From NCBI GenBank assembly GCA_963675495.1, contig OY776215.1, positions 1,184,001 through 1,248,000 of the forward strand: 64,000 nt of DNA, read 5' to 3'. Origin of the DNA: an uncultured Methanolobus sp. (lineage in GTDB: Archaea; Halobacteriota; Methanosarcinia; Methanosarcinales; Methanosarcinaceae). The notes beneath the pieces were generated by a model, which saw only the letters and a program-made list of their open reading frames with translations, was not told the DNA's origin and made no database searches. Below are positions 21,901 to 32,800 of this stretch, piece after piece (the first letter of the stretch is position 1; the number at the start of each line of letters is the position of its first letter). A program made the position numbers and the translations under genes.

Positions 21901-24900
21901 CTCACAGTGAAAGTTACATTATAAGTGCCAGATTCTTCAAAATCAGGAGTCCAGGTAAAGACATGAGTGTTAACATTAAAGTATGCATCCGATGGAAGAC
22001 CAGTGGCAGAGTAGAATAATTGGTTTGAATCTGCATCTGAGCCTGATACAGTGAAAAAGAGTTCTGAACCTTCACTGACAGCCTTATTCCCAATTGAATC
22101 TATTACAGGAGCTCTGTTTACATCATTTACAGTAACGATTATAGTTTCAGAATCAGAAAGGGAACCATCGCTAACTGTGAAAGTGAAACTATAGATGCCC
22201 GATTCTTCGAAATCAGGTTTCCAAAGGAATTGACCTGTATTGGTATTGAAAGTTGCACCTGAATCAGAAGGAATGTTTGCCACAGAATATATCAAAGTAT
22301 CAGAATCAGGATCAATGGCTGATACTGAAAAATTCAATTCCAGATTCTCATCGACCTGTTTATTTCCAATCATGTTCAATTCAGGAGCCCTATTCACAGA
22401 ACCAACACTTAAAGTAATGGTCTCCGAGTCGGAAAGGGAACCATCGCTAACTGTAAAGCTTACACTATAAGTTCCGGAATCATCATAATCAGGAGTCCAG
22501 CTGAATAAACGGGAACCTTCATTGAAACTGGCTCCTGAGGGAAGATCTACTACTGAGTACGTCAAAGAATCTAAATCAGGGTCAGTACCGAGTATTGTAA
22601 AACTGAGTTTAAAGCCTTCAGCTATAGACTTGTTGCCTATTTCACCCAGGACAGGGGCACGGTTAATGTCATTAACAGTTATAGAGATGGTTTCTGAATC
22701 AGAAAGTAAGCCATCGCTAACAATAAAAGTTATACTGTATGTACCTGAATCATCAAAATCAGGAGTCCAGGCAAATTCATGGGTATCCACATCAAAGTTA
22801 GAACCGGATGGTAAGCCTGTAGCTGAATAGGTCAGTGAATCTAAATCAGGGTCATTGGCGAAAATTGGGAAACTAAGTTCTGAACCTTCGGAAACAGACA
22901 TATCCGCAATAGTATCAAGTTCAGGAGCACGGTTCACAGAACCAACACTGACGGAGATTGTCTCGGAATCAAGGAGGGAACCATCACTGACAGTAAAAGT
23001 AATACTATATGCACCCGAATCATCAAAATCAGGGGTCCAAGTAAATTCATGGGTGTTCACATCAAAATTTGAACCTGGTGGAAGACCAGTGGCAGAATAA
23101 CTCAATCGATCAGAATCAAGATCATTAGCCGAAATTGTGAAACGTAGCTCAGAGGCTTCAGCAACTGCTTTGTTGCCTATGGCATTGAGGACAGGAGCAC
23201 GATTTACATTGTCAACTGTTATGGAGATAGTCTCAGAATCAGATTCAACACCATCGTTTACAGTGAAAATAACACTATACGTACCTGAATCGTCAAAATC
23301 AGGAATCCATACAAATTCATGGGTAATCGCATTGAAATTGGAACCAGATGGCAATCCTGTAGCGGAGTAAACAAGAGCCGTTTGGTCCGGGTCAGTTCCA
23401 GATATTTGCAAACGCAACTCTGAACCTTCATCAACTGTTTTATCGCCAATATTAGAAAGGACAGGAGCACGATTTACATTGTTCACTATTATCGTTACGA
23501 GCTCCGTATCTGTGAATATACTATCTGTCACTTCAAAAATAACATTATAGGTTCCTTCCTGATCGTATGAAGGTATCCAGAAGAACTCACGTGTAGCAGG
23601 GTTGAATGATGAACCTGCAGGAAGTCCTGAGGCAGAATAACCAAGTGTATCACCTGAATCTGCATCTGATGCACTTATAGTGAAAGAAAGAGTTTGGTCC
23701 TCATTTATTGTTTTACCACCAATCAAATCAAGGACAGGTGGAACATTTGTATTTCCAACAGCTATCCTTACCGTCTCTGTGTATGAAAGATCACCATCAG
23801 AAACGCTGAAATCAACATCATATAACCCGCTTTCATCATAGCCTGGTGTCCAGCTGAATACATTACCTGACAATGTACCAAATGCAACATTCTTGCTGAA
23901 AGAAAGGGAATCTCCATCATCATCTATAGCGTTGATAATAATAACCAATTCCTCATTTTCAGCTACTAGCTGGTCAGGTATCGATTCTATAAATGGTGCA
24001 CGATTTACATCGTTAACAGTAATGATGATGGTTTCATAATCAGAAAGGGAACCATCGCTGACTGCAAAAGTGACACTGTAGATACCTGAATCATCATAAG
24101 TGGGAGTCCATGAAAACTCACGCGTGTCCACATTAAAACTTGCACCCGATGGAAGATTATTGACAGAATATGTAAGTGCATCAGAATCAAGATCATTTCC
24201 GGAAATAGTGAAACTAAGATCAGAGCCCTCATCTACAACCCTGTCACCGATTGAAGAAAGGACAGGAATACGATTTACATTATCAACAGTAATGGTGATA
24301 GTCTCGGAATCAGAAAGAGAACCATCACTAACTGTAAAAGTGACGCTATAGATGCCGGAATCATCATAAGCTGGTGTCCAGGAAAACTCATGCGTGTTCA
24401 CATCAAAAATTGCACCTTGTGGAAGACCAGTAGAATAACATGAAAGTTCATCTGAATCAAGATCATTTCCGGAAATAGTGAAACTAAGAGTAGAGCCCTC
24501 ATCTATAATCTTGTCACCAATTGAGGAAAGGACAGGAGCTCTGTTCACATCATTTACGGTGATGATGATAGTTTCAGAATCGGAAAGAGAACCATCACTA
24601 ACTGTGAAAGTGAAACTATAGATACCCGACTCTTCGTAATCAGGTATCCAACTGAATTCATGTGTATTGGTATCAAAAGTTACACCTGACCCCTGTGATA
24701 TGTTTGTCGCAGAATATACCAAAGTATCATAATCAGGATCAATGGCTGAAACTGAAAAAGTCAATTCCGAGTTTTCATCGACCTGTTTATTACCAATTGT
24801 ATTCAGTTCAGGAGCCCTGTTTACAGAACCAACACTTATGGACAGAGTTTCGGAATCGGAAAGGAAGCCATCATTGACTATAAAGGTTACACTATAAATT

Positions 24901-26915
24901 CCGGAGTCATCAAAATCAGGGGTCCAGCTAAATTCCAGGGAGTTTTCATCGAAAATCGCGCCTGATGGAAGACCGGTGACAGAATATTCAAGCGTATCTG
25001 AATCAGGATCAGTGGCTGAAATAGTGAAACTAAGAGCAGAGCCTTCATCTACAACCTTGTCACCAATGGAAGAAAACACAGGAGCACGATTTACATTATC
25101 AACAGTAATATTGATAGTCTCAGAATCAGAGAGGGAACTATCACTAACTGTGAAAGTGACACTATAGATGCCGGAATCATCATAGTCAGGAGTCCAGGTG
25201 AACTCACCAGTGTCAACATCAAGAGTTGCACCCGTTGGAAGATCAGCGACTGAATATTCAAGTGTATCTGAATCTGGATCAATGGCTGAAATAGTGAAAC
25301 TAAGTTCAGAGCCTTCATCTATGATCTTATCACCAATAAGGAGAAGTTCAGGAGCACGATTTACATTATCAACACTAATATTGATAGTCTCAGAATCAGA
25401 GAGGGAACTATCACTAACTGTGAAAGTGACACTATAGATGCCGGAATCATCATAGTCAGGAGTCCAGGTGAACTCACCAGTGTCAACATCAAGAGTTGCA
25501 CCCGTTGGAAGATCTGCGGCTGAATATTCAAGTGCATCTGAATCAATATCGGTGCCGAAAATAGTGAAACTAAGAGCAGAGCCCTCATCTACAACCCTGT
25601 CACCGATTGAAGAAAGGACAGGAGCATGGTTGGAATCAATTACAGTAATAGTAATTATCTCGGAATCAAAATCATTACCATCGCTTACACTAAACTCCAC
25701 ATCAAAAATACCTGAAGATGTAGGAGTCCAACTGAAAATATTATCTGAAAGAGTACCAAAACTGGCATCTGTAGAATAGACAATACTATCACCATCAAGA
25801 TCAGTGGCAGAGAGAGAGATTGTCAACTCACTGTTCTCACTGACAGAACGGTCACCAATTGAAGAAAGTATAGGAGCACGATTTACATCCTCGACAGTAA
25901 TAGTAATGGACTCTGAATCTGAAAGGTTGTTAGACGATGCAGTAAATACCACCGGATAGGTACCTCCATCATTGAAGTCGGTTATCCATAGAAAATCACC
26001 GGTATTAGCATCAAGGGACGAATCATCAGGCAATGAAGACGCAGAATAGGTAACAATATCACCATCCGGGTCATTGGCATTTATATTGAAAGAAAGGACC
26101 GCATTTTCATTTACAAACTTATTACCAATTGCTTCAAACTCCGGTGCTTGGTCCGTAATGACTTCATTTACAGTGATATTGGCATATGTGAAATTAGTGG
26201 CAAATCCATCTGATACTGAAAAATTTACAACATGTCTTCCAGCATCAACTGTTGTTGGTGTCCAGGTAAATAGTCCTGTTGTAAAATTAAGGACATATCC
26301 AGCAGGGAGACCTTCAACATCATAATTTAGAACAGTATCATCTGCATCGGTTGCGGGAACCACAAAAGAGAACTCAGACCCTACATTAATAACTTTATCA
26401 GCAATATCGCCAATCTGTGGAGGGTGGTTGATCCTTACTGAACCATTGGACACGAACTGTGCAGGGAAAGATAATGTATCATTTTCAAGAGAAACATTTC
26501 GTAGTATGATATTGTAGTAACCACTTTTGATAGCTCTGAATAAAATGTCAGCAATATGGGTAGGGTCTTCTGTAGTGATATCTACAGATTCCAGGGTCAT
26601 GTTGGCAAAACCCGTGGAATTGTTAAGATAATGTGTCAACTGTGAACCTGATAACGAATCATTTGCAACAATATCATCAATTATCAAAGAAGAGTTATCA
26701 AAAACAATGTCAATAGACATTGATCGTATATTTGTAGCATTGTCTATAAATAATGGCAACGTAAACGAAGTTCCAGGATTTACAACAGTGCTCCCAAGTG
26801 ATACAGATTCGTTGGAATATGCACTGGCAATTACAGGCAACACTACCATTAGTAAAACTATACCCGTCAAGAGAAAACGTATTTTTTCATATTTTTTATT
26901 TCCATGTGGAAACAT
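18999..26915 (-). CDS. giant cell-surface protein: signal peptide, cohesin-like domain, 24 Ig/cadherin-like repeats, PGF-pre-PGF domain, C-terminal TM
   Basis: Repeats of about 90 aa (NRAP..IG..V.EG..F...A.D.D.D.L.Y....LP.G....F.WTP...SG.Y...F.VSDG); S/G linker; PGFSPF; TM helix. Confidence 0.9.
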   Translation of the reverse strand: MFPHGNKKYEKIRFLLTGIVLLMVVLPVIASAYSNESVSLGSTVVNPGTSFTLPLFIDNATNIRSMSIDIVFDNSSLIIDDIVANDSLSGSQLTHYLNNSTGFANMTLESVDITTEDPTHIADILFRAIKSGYYNIILRNVSLENDTLSFPAQFVSNGSVRINHPPQIGDIADKVINVGSEFSFVVPATDADDTVLNYDVEGLPAGYVLNFTTGLFTWTPTTVDAGRHVVNFSVSDGFATNFTYANITVNEVITDQAPEFEAIGNKFVNENAVLSFNINANDPDGDIVTYSASSLPDDSSLDANTGDFLWITDFNDGGTYPVVFTASSNNLSDSESITITVEDVNRAPILSSIGDRSVSENSELTISLSATDLDGDSIVYSTDASFGTLSDNIFSWTPTSSGIFDVEFSVSDGNDFDSEIITITVIDSNHAPVLSSIGDRVVDEGSALSFTIFGTDIDSDALEYSAADLPTGATLDVDTGEFTWTPDYDDSGIYSVTFTVSDSSLSDSETINISVDNVNRAPELLLIGDKIIDEGSELSFTISAIDPDSDTLEYSVADLPTGATLDVDTGEFTWTPDYDDSGIYSVTFTVSDSSLSDSETINITVDNVNRAPVFSSIGDKVVDEGSALSFTISATDPDSDTLEYSVTGLPSGAIFDENSLEFSWTPDFDDSGIYSVTFIVNDGFLSDSETLSISVGSVNRAPELNTIGNKQVDENSELTFSVSAIDPDYDTLVYSATNISQGSGVTFDTNTHEFSWIPDYEESGIYSFTFTVSDGSLSDSETIIITVNDVNRAPVLSSIGDKIIDEGSTLSFTISGNDLDSDELSCYSTGLPQGAIFDVNTHEFSWTPAYDDSGIYSVTFTVSDGSLSDSETITITVDNVNRIPVLSSIGDRVVDEGSDLSFTISGNDLDSDALTYSVNNLPSGASFNVDTREFSWTPTYDDSGIYSVTFAVSDGSLSDYETIIITVNDVNRAPFIESIPDQLVAENEELVIIINAIDDDGDSLSFSKNVAFGTLSGNVFSWTPGYDESGLYDVDFSVSDGDLSYTETVRIAVGNTNVPPVLDLIGGKTINEDQTLSFTISASDADSGDTLGYSASGLPAGSSFNPATREFFWIPSYDQEGTYNVIFEVTDSIFTDTELVTIIVNNVNRAPVLSNIGDKTVDEGSELRLQISGTDPDQTALVYSATGLPSGSNFNAITHEFVWIPDFDDSGTYSVIFTVNDGVESDSETISITVDNVNRAPVLNAIGNKAVAEASELRFTISANDLDSDRLSYSATGLPPGSNFDVNTHEFTWTPDFDDSGAYSITFTVSDGSLLDSETISVSVGSVNRAPELDTIADMSVSEGSELSFPIFANDPDLDSLTYSATGLPSGSNFDVDTHEFAWTPDFDDSGTYSITFIVSDGLLSDSETISITVNDINRAPVLGEIGNKSIAEGFKLSFTILGTDPDLDSLTYSVVDLPSGASFNEGSRLFSWTPDYDDSGTYSVSFTVSDGSLSDSETITLSVGSVNRAPELNMIGNKQVDENLELNFSVSAIDPDSDTLIYSVANIPSDSGATFNTNTGQFLWKPDFEESGIYSFTFTVSDGSLSDSETIIVTVNDVNRAPVIDSIGNKAVSEGSELFFTVSGSDADSNQLFYSATGLPSDAYFNVNTHVFTWTPDFEESGTYNVTFTVSDGFLSDSETISISVGSVNRAPVLSNIGDKTISENTELHFTVSASDPDADSLVYSVGDLPPGASFNSTDHKFVWTPGYDDSGEYNVTFTVNDDSLSDSETISITVLHVNLPPRLAVIGDQSTDENSFLTFTLDAEDDDADTLYYSATSLPSGAHIDGSTGIFTWTPTYEQAGNHHIQFVVSDGLVEDTENVEVIVNNINRAPSLNPPESVQIAENSNLIINLNDSDPDGDILVYSKDVEFGTLHNGIFSWTPGYEDEGSYHITFTVSDGEFDVSKTVHIDVGNTNSAPVLYSISDTLVNELETVTIVLQAIDIDGDELTFSKDVNYGTLSGNTFTWVPGINESGFHEIQFTVSDGQLSDSKTATIAVGNTNIPPVIMHMETQQATENEFISFVLNASDVDGDKLTYSDSGLPTGASFGKTTGEFSWTPTYDQAGSYTVEFSVSDKIYTSVETVIINVANVNRAPVFDYIPIHTVNETEILKINLSARDPDDDWVFFSCAAENGTVTGNIYSWTPGYFDSGDHYIDFNVTDGDLTDTTTVHVEVYQTNIPPEIENFGPFSLYENATLNFYVNATDVDNDQLTYSASGLPAGASFDVSTRQFHWRPDYTQSGTYSVEFWVTDGKLNASKAVSISVYNVNRDSTTDLSGFSTSDSSGGSGGGGSASGAEDYDNVAYKDYGMKYVTQGAEIVFEFPNAENDLEYVKFNSLKAAGQVKAIIEILYDRSSLVSSNPQGDVYRHINIWLGDAKFNSGGYMSSAEISFRVEKKWITDNNADPSAIKLCRYSSGSWKELTTSRIGTDVNYYYYKAQTPGFSPFSIVSTGNSPVLRSTALESTAQNVKYSYGSESTQNSITSRSESEALNTALEHDPVSPVNTGIFFIGIIGILAIGSAIGYRSRNESVVLSRYYEALHSFSTGIINAAEWMKHKLSSESMHNDYAVLSGKLTEMKTADYKAIYEKTIAEIKERQKQ
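25081..25625. repeat. near-identical 270-bp tandem repeat units inside surface protein gene
   Basis: ggagcacgatttacattatcaac at 25081 and 25351, followed by long identical stretches. Confidence 0.8.
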
Positions 26916-27162
26916 GCTTTACCCCCATAAAGCATTTTTAGAAGGAAGCACAGCTGCCTCCTGATAGATGTGACTATTAAGTGTACTAACCTAATAAAAG
27001 GAAGCACCACCACTGCTAATAAGAGTTATATCTAATAGTTAATAAAATTTTTTAATCACATTCATATAATAATAATTTGCTGAGAAAAATACTACCTGAT
27101 CACAAAACAGCATAAAACACGTGACCAGACAACGAAAATATAGTTATAACTTAATTAGTCTA

Positions 27163-29706
27163 TTATTTTTTTATTCGCCTGTACCTCTTGCCATCAGGAT
27201 TTGCAATTTGCAGATATAATCTTTCATAGTGAGATCTGTATTTAACACCCACAGCAGCAACAGCAACTATCGATCCGACCAATATTAGGAACATCAGTGA
27301 TCGTTTGTTATCCTGGGAAGCATCCCCTTCTTCATCCAGAATGATATCATCGCCAATTGACATTTTAGCTTGTTCATTGGAAGGAGAACTATTTTCGATC
27401 ATAACAATTTTGGAATTCTCCGGCATAATAATAGCAAATGGTGAAAAGCCAGGTGATCTGGCTTTGTAATAAAAATAATCCTCATCTTCATCTATTTCTG
27501 ATGTTTCTAAGGAATTCCACATACCGTCTGAATAACGATATAGTTTTACCAATTTAGAATCATAATCGTTGGAAATGACCCATGATCTTTCAACCTTGAA
27601 CTTGATAACTACATTAGAGATCATGTCAGATGGGAACTTTGAATCTCCAACCCATATATTCAGATTCTTGTAAACTTCACCAGCAGGAGATTTTTTTACC
27701 AGTGTAGAAGTTTCTTTTAATATTTCCACCACTGCTTTGGTTTGACCCCCGTTGAGTCTGGATACAAAACCAACGGACATAATGCTATTTGCAGGTTCAT
27801 CAAATTCGAATAAAGATTCCATATCTTTATTCACATACTTGATCTTGTAATCTTTTAGATCAATATTCTCAAATTCTTCACCGGTGTTCATGGATCCACC
27901 ACCACCGCCTCCGCCACCAGAACTGGAAGCAGAGCTTGTGGAACTTGTAGATGAAGAAGGTTCTGTTACAGTTATTGAAACTGTTTCATAATCATCAGCA
28001 TCGCCATCGTTTACATGGAAACTTACTGAATACGTTCCTTGTTGATCACTGGAAGGGGTCCAAGTAAAATAGCCCGTCGAACCATCAAAATTTGAACCTG
28101 AAGGAAGATTAAGTGCAGAGTATGTAAAAATATTATTTACATCAATATCCTCAACATCTAATGAAAAGTTCAATGTATCCCCCTCAGACACTTCCAGAGG
28201 AAACATCTGATTGATCTGTGGTGGCATATTTACATCATTGACCGTAATAGTTGCTGTTGTACTATTGGTCAAACTGCCGTCAGACACTGTGAACAATATA
28301 TCGTGTAATCCGGAATCAGAATAACCCGGAGTGCATATGAACGTATTACCTCGTACAATTCCAAGGCTGCTGTTCGTTGAGAATGTAAGAGTATCACCAT
28401 CTGAGTCAATTGCTGTTAAAGCAATATTAAGAACACTGTTTTCATCTTGGGTATAATTATTTACGGGGTTGATTACTGGAGCTTGATTTACATCAGAAAC
28501 CACAATGTCCACTACTTCATATTCTGCATAGCTGTCATCTGAAACCCTGAATTCCACTTTATAGTTACCAGCCTGTGAATATGAAGGAATCCAGGAAAAT
28601 TTAACTGAAGAACCATTCATTGTTAGAATTGCACCTGATGGAAAATCATTTGGATACGAAAAACTAAGTGTGTCATTATCAGAAGCTTCTATCTCAAATG
28701 CTAGCTCTGAATTTTCTTCTACATATTGGGTTTCCATAGCTTTTAGGACAGGGACTGAATTGGAATCACCAACCACTATCTTTGCAATCTTTGTTTTTGA
28801 AGTTAAACCATCGGTAATAGTGAATGTCTGGGAGAAAGCACCCGGAGAATCAGTATTTACCCACTGGAACAAACCTGTATTTGAATCCAGAGATGCACCA
28901 GCAAGCAAATCACTTGCATTAGAATAGATAAGAGCGTCACCATCCGGATCATAAGCATTCAATTGTATAGTAACCGTTTCATTCTGAAGAACAGAAGTAT
29001 CACCAATGGAATAGAATGTAGGTTCCCTGTTTACATTTGAAACATTTATCATTGCAGTTTGAGTTACTGAAGAAAAACCATCGTTTACTGTGAAAACAAT
29101 AGTATGTTCACCCTCATCATCGTAATTAGGAGTCCAGGTAAAAACGTTATTCTGGAGATTTCCAAATGTTACATCCTTTGAAAAAACAAGTAAGTCGCCA
29201 TCCGGGTCAGATGCATTAAGTATCACTTTAACCTGAGAATTTTCATCTACTGTAGTGTCAGGAATGGGAGAAAATATCGATAAACGATTTGCATTATTTA
29301 CAGTTATAGCGATATATTCTGAATCAATATGACTACCATCAGATACTACAAACTGGATAAGATAACTGCCTGACTGATCATAGTTTGGAATCCATTCAAA
29401 CACCCCTGTAGAATTATTAAGACTTGAACCTGATGGCAAATTTATTGCAGAGAATATCAACGAATCATAATCCTGATCATTTGCAGACAAAGTGAAAGAT
29501 AATAAGCTGTTCTCATTAATAGATCGATCACCTAGAACTTCCATAACAGGAGCATTAGTTGCAACAGCTGTAGCCACAATTTGTAAATTTAGCACTAAGA
29601 CCACAAAAAATAACACACATGCTAAACCTGGGTATATTCCTAACCTTTTGTGAACCTTCCTGTTTCCAACTAGGTCTTTTGATCCATGCTCTGCGAAACG
29701 AAAAAT
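27163..29706 (-). CDS. cell-surface protein: 6 Ig/cadherin-like repeats, PGF-pre-PGF, C-terminal TM
   Basis: Same repeat family; PGFSPF; TM plus basic tail. ORF-track start is GTG 29616, but the frame is open to ATT 29706 with a GGAGG SD. Confidence 0.85.
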   Translation of the reverse strand: MFRFAEHGSKDLVGNRKVHKRLGIYPGLACVLFFVVLVLNLQIVATAVATNAPVMEVLGDRSINENSLLSFTLSANDQDYDSLIFSAINLPSGSSLNNSTGVFEWIPNYDQSGSYLIQFVVSDGSHIDSEYIAITVNNANRLSIFSPIPDTTVDENSQVKVILNASDPDGDLLVFSKDVTFGNLQNNVFTWTPNYDDEGEHTIVFTVNDGFSSVTQTAMINVSNVNREPTFYSIGDTSVLQNETVTIQLNAYDPDGDALIYSNASDLLAGASLDSNTGLFQWVNTDSPGAFSQTFTITDGLTSKTKIAKIVVGDSNSVPVLKAMETQYVEENSELAFEIEASDNDTLSFSYPNDFPSGAILTMNGSSVKFSWIPSYSQAGNYKVEFRVSDDSYAEYEVVDIVVSDVNQAPVINPVNNYTQDENSVLNIALTAIDSDGDTLTFSTNSSLGIVRGNTFICTPGYSDSGLHDILFTVSDGSLTNSTTATITVNDVNMPPQINQMFPLEVSEGDTLNFSLDVEDIDVNNIFTYSALNLPSGSNFDGSTGYFTWTPSSDQQGTYSVSFHVNDGDADDYETVSITVTEPSSSTSSTSSASSSGGGGGGGGSMNTGEEFENIDLKDYKIKYVNKDMESLFEFDEPANSIMSVGFVSRLNGGQTKAVVEILKETSTLVKKSPAGEVYKNLNIWVGDSKFPSDMISNVVIKFKVERSWVISNDYDSKLVKLYRYSDGMWNSLETSEIDEDEDYFYYKARSPGFSPFAIIMPENSKIVMIENSSPSNEQAKMSIGDDIILDEEGDASQDNKRSLMFLILVGSIVAVAAVGVKYRSHYERLYLQIANPDGKRYRRIKK

Positions 29707-29883
29707 AAAATCCCCTCCATAATCGTTTTTATCTTATGTTTCTCATGTGATAAATCTAATTGATTATGACTTGATTATTATATATTACACCCATTAACAA
29801 TAGTCCTTTTTGTTAAAAACTACAATAACAACAGATCACACAATTACTGTGCAATCAGCTGATCCGGTTTGTCCATTTAAATG

Positions 29884-32800
29884 TTATTGATTCCGTCTGT
29901 AGCGTTTACCATCATGATTCCCTATTTGCTTACGCAATTTGTCATAGTAACCCCTGTTCCTGTAACCGAATACTCCGATAATCATTAGACCTGGAGGTAC
30001 AAGTACAAGTATAATCAGAAATACTGATCTGCTTTCCTGGGACGCCCCTGTTGTAGACTCAACTGAACCAGAATCATCGGTTGAAGTTGACATAAATGTA
30101 GATTCATCATCTGTAGAAACAGGTGTAACGTCCTCAGAAATGTATGCGCCCGTGGTCATTGGCTTTATGCTTGAAATAGCAAATGAGGAGAATCCGGGAG
30201 TTGTTGAAGTGAAATAGAAATAAGAATCATCATCATCTTTTATTTCAGTAGGCAACTGCTCCCAGCTGTCATCTGAATATCTGCAAAGTGTGATCGTTGA
30301 AACATCGACTTCATTATCATCGAGCCATTTCTTATCCACTTTAAACTCTACCTTTGCATTATTAATAGTAGCTTCAGTGAGTTTTTTGTCATCGAGCAGT
30401 ATATTCATATTCTTGTAAACCTGACCCGGTGCTCTGGAATCTACCTGTGAGGAAGTATCCTTCAACACTTCAACAACTGATTTAACCTGTCCGGCATTAA
30501 GAACTGAGGTTATACTCACTGAAACAATACTGTTGTTCTTACCATAGAAAGCAAAAACTGTATCAGTATCTTTTACAACTGATTTGAGGACATAATCCTT
30601 AAAATCGATGTTCTCAAACTCTTCACCCGTACCTGCGGAACCGCCGCCGCCTCCACCGCCTCCACCTGAACTGGAAATAGTTGAACTACTTGAAGAAGTA
30701 GCACTTACTGTAATATCAACTGTTTCAGTGACATTGAGTTCATTGTCACTTACCTTGAATATCACAGAATATGTCCCTGCGTCACCAACTGAAGGAGTCC
30801 AACTGAAAACACCTGTCAACTCATCCAGTACTGAATTTTCAGGTAAATTTTGAGCTGAGTAGGCAAGAACATCTCCATCCACATCAGTTGCAATGAGATT
30901 GAACTCAAGTTTGTGTGCTTCCTCAACACTTTTACTACCTATCGAAGATAACTCAGGAGGAGCATTTGTATCACTGACAATTACAGTTACAACTGCGAAA
31001 TCACTAAGTTCGCCATCTGTAGCTGTGAAATTTATGTTATAGGTGCCGTTCGAAGTCTGGTTTGCAGTGTATCCAGGTGTCCAGATGAACTCATTGCCAC
31101 TTATTGAACCAAATGAGACATTGGAAAGGAATGTTAGCGAATCTTCATTATCAGGATCTATACAATTGAGTATGATAGTCAATTCCTCACCCTCATTTGC
31201 ATTGTAAACAGGCATTTGCCCAAATGAAGGAGGTCTGTTGACATTGATTACTTCAATCGTCATTTGTTCCAGATCTTCAAAGACACCATCGTATGCACGG
31301 AAAGTAATGGTATAGATACCACTTTGTTCGTAATCTGGTGTCCAGGAAAACTCACCTGTGGTCGGATCTAAGGTTGCACCAAATGGAAGGTCTGATGCAG
31401 TATACTCAATTGGGTCATAATCAGGAGATGATGCATTCAGGGTAAAGTCAAGAGTTTCAGACTCATTGACCAACTGATTATCAATAGGTTCAAGCACAGG
31501 CATAAGGTTTGTATTACCCACCCCAATTGTAACGATGTCGTAATCCCACATAGAACCGTCTGTAACACTAAATTCTATTTGATGGAAACCTTTATCGTCA
31601 TAATCAGGAGTCCAGCTGAAAACATTGCCCGAAATATTTCCATATGGTACGTCCTTGAAATAAGCAAGAGCATCGCCATCAGGATCGTTTGCATTTAGAA
31701 CCAACGAAAATGGAATACCCTCTTCTGTTATTTCATCAGAAAGTGAAGTGAAAACAGGTGCTCTGTTGGTGTTTGCAACCACGATCGTAACAATTGCCGA
31801 ATCTACCAAGTAACCATCAGATACTGTAAATTCAACGTAATGTGTTCCTGAATCAGTGAAATTAGGAATCCATGTGAACGTATCGTCTGAGATGGCACCA
31901 AATGATACATTGTCAAAGTATGTGAGAAAATCATCATCTGGATCAAATGCGCTGATATCAAGAATCAATGTATCGTTCTCTGCAACGTTCACAGTTTCAA
32001 ATTCAGGGAATTCTGGTGCCCTGTTAGTCTTCTCAACTGTGATCTCAGCATATGTGACATCTTCATCACTGCCATCAGATACAGCAAATCGGACTGTATA
32101 ATAGCCTTCATCATCATAACCTGGCGTCCATGAAAAAGCTCCTGTAGTTGAGTTCAAGCTTGCCGTTGCAGGAATATCATCCATAGTATAACTAAGGGCA
32201 TCATTATCTTGATCACTGGCAGATAGACTGAATTCAAGAGTTTCACCTTCTTTTACACTATTGCTTCCTACATCAATAAGCACAGGCTCACGATTCACAT
32301 TGTTGACCTTAATAGTGATGGCTTTTTCATCATAGGACTTACCATCGGAAACAGTGAAATTGACATCATAGGTACCTGAATTATCATATGTTGGAATCCA
32401 GGTAAAGACATTGTCATCCATGGAACCAAATGCAGCATCTGTGAAATATTTAAGAGTATCATTGTCAGCATCTGTTGCTGAAAGATTAATTGTCAGCATA
32501 CTGTTTTCCATGACAGACCTATCACCAATATTAGCAAGTACCGGTGGGCGGTTGACATTGAGAACTGTTATGGTTATGACCTCATGATCGACATCAATTC
32601 CATCACTTACGTTGAATTCTACATCATAAATATTGGAATCATCATACGTTGGAGTCCAGCTGAAAACTTTGCCATTAAGAGTACCGAAACCGGCATTGCT
32701 TGAATATGTAAGAGTATCACCATCAATGTCGGTTGCATTCAGAGTGATTTTGAGGGTTTCAGATTCGTTCACGACCCTCTCACCAATAAAATCAAGGACA

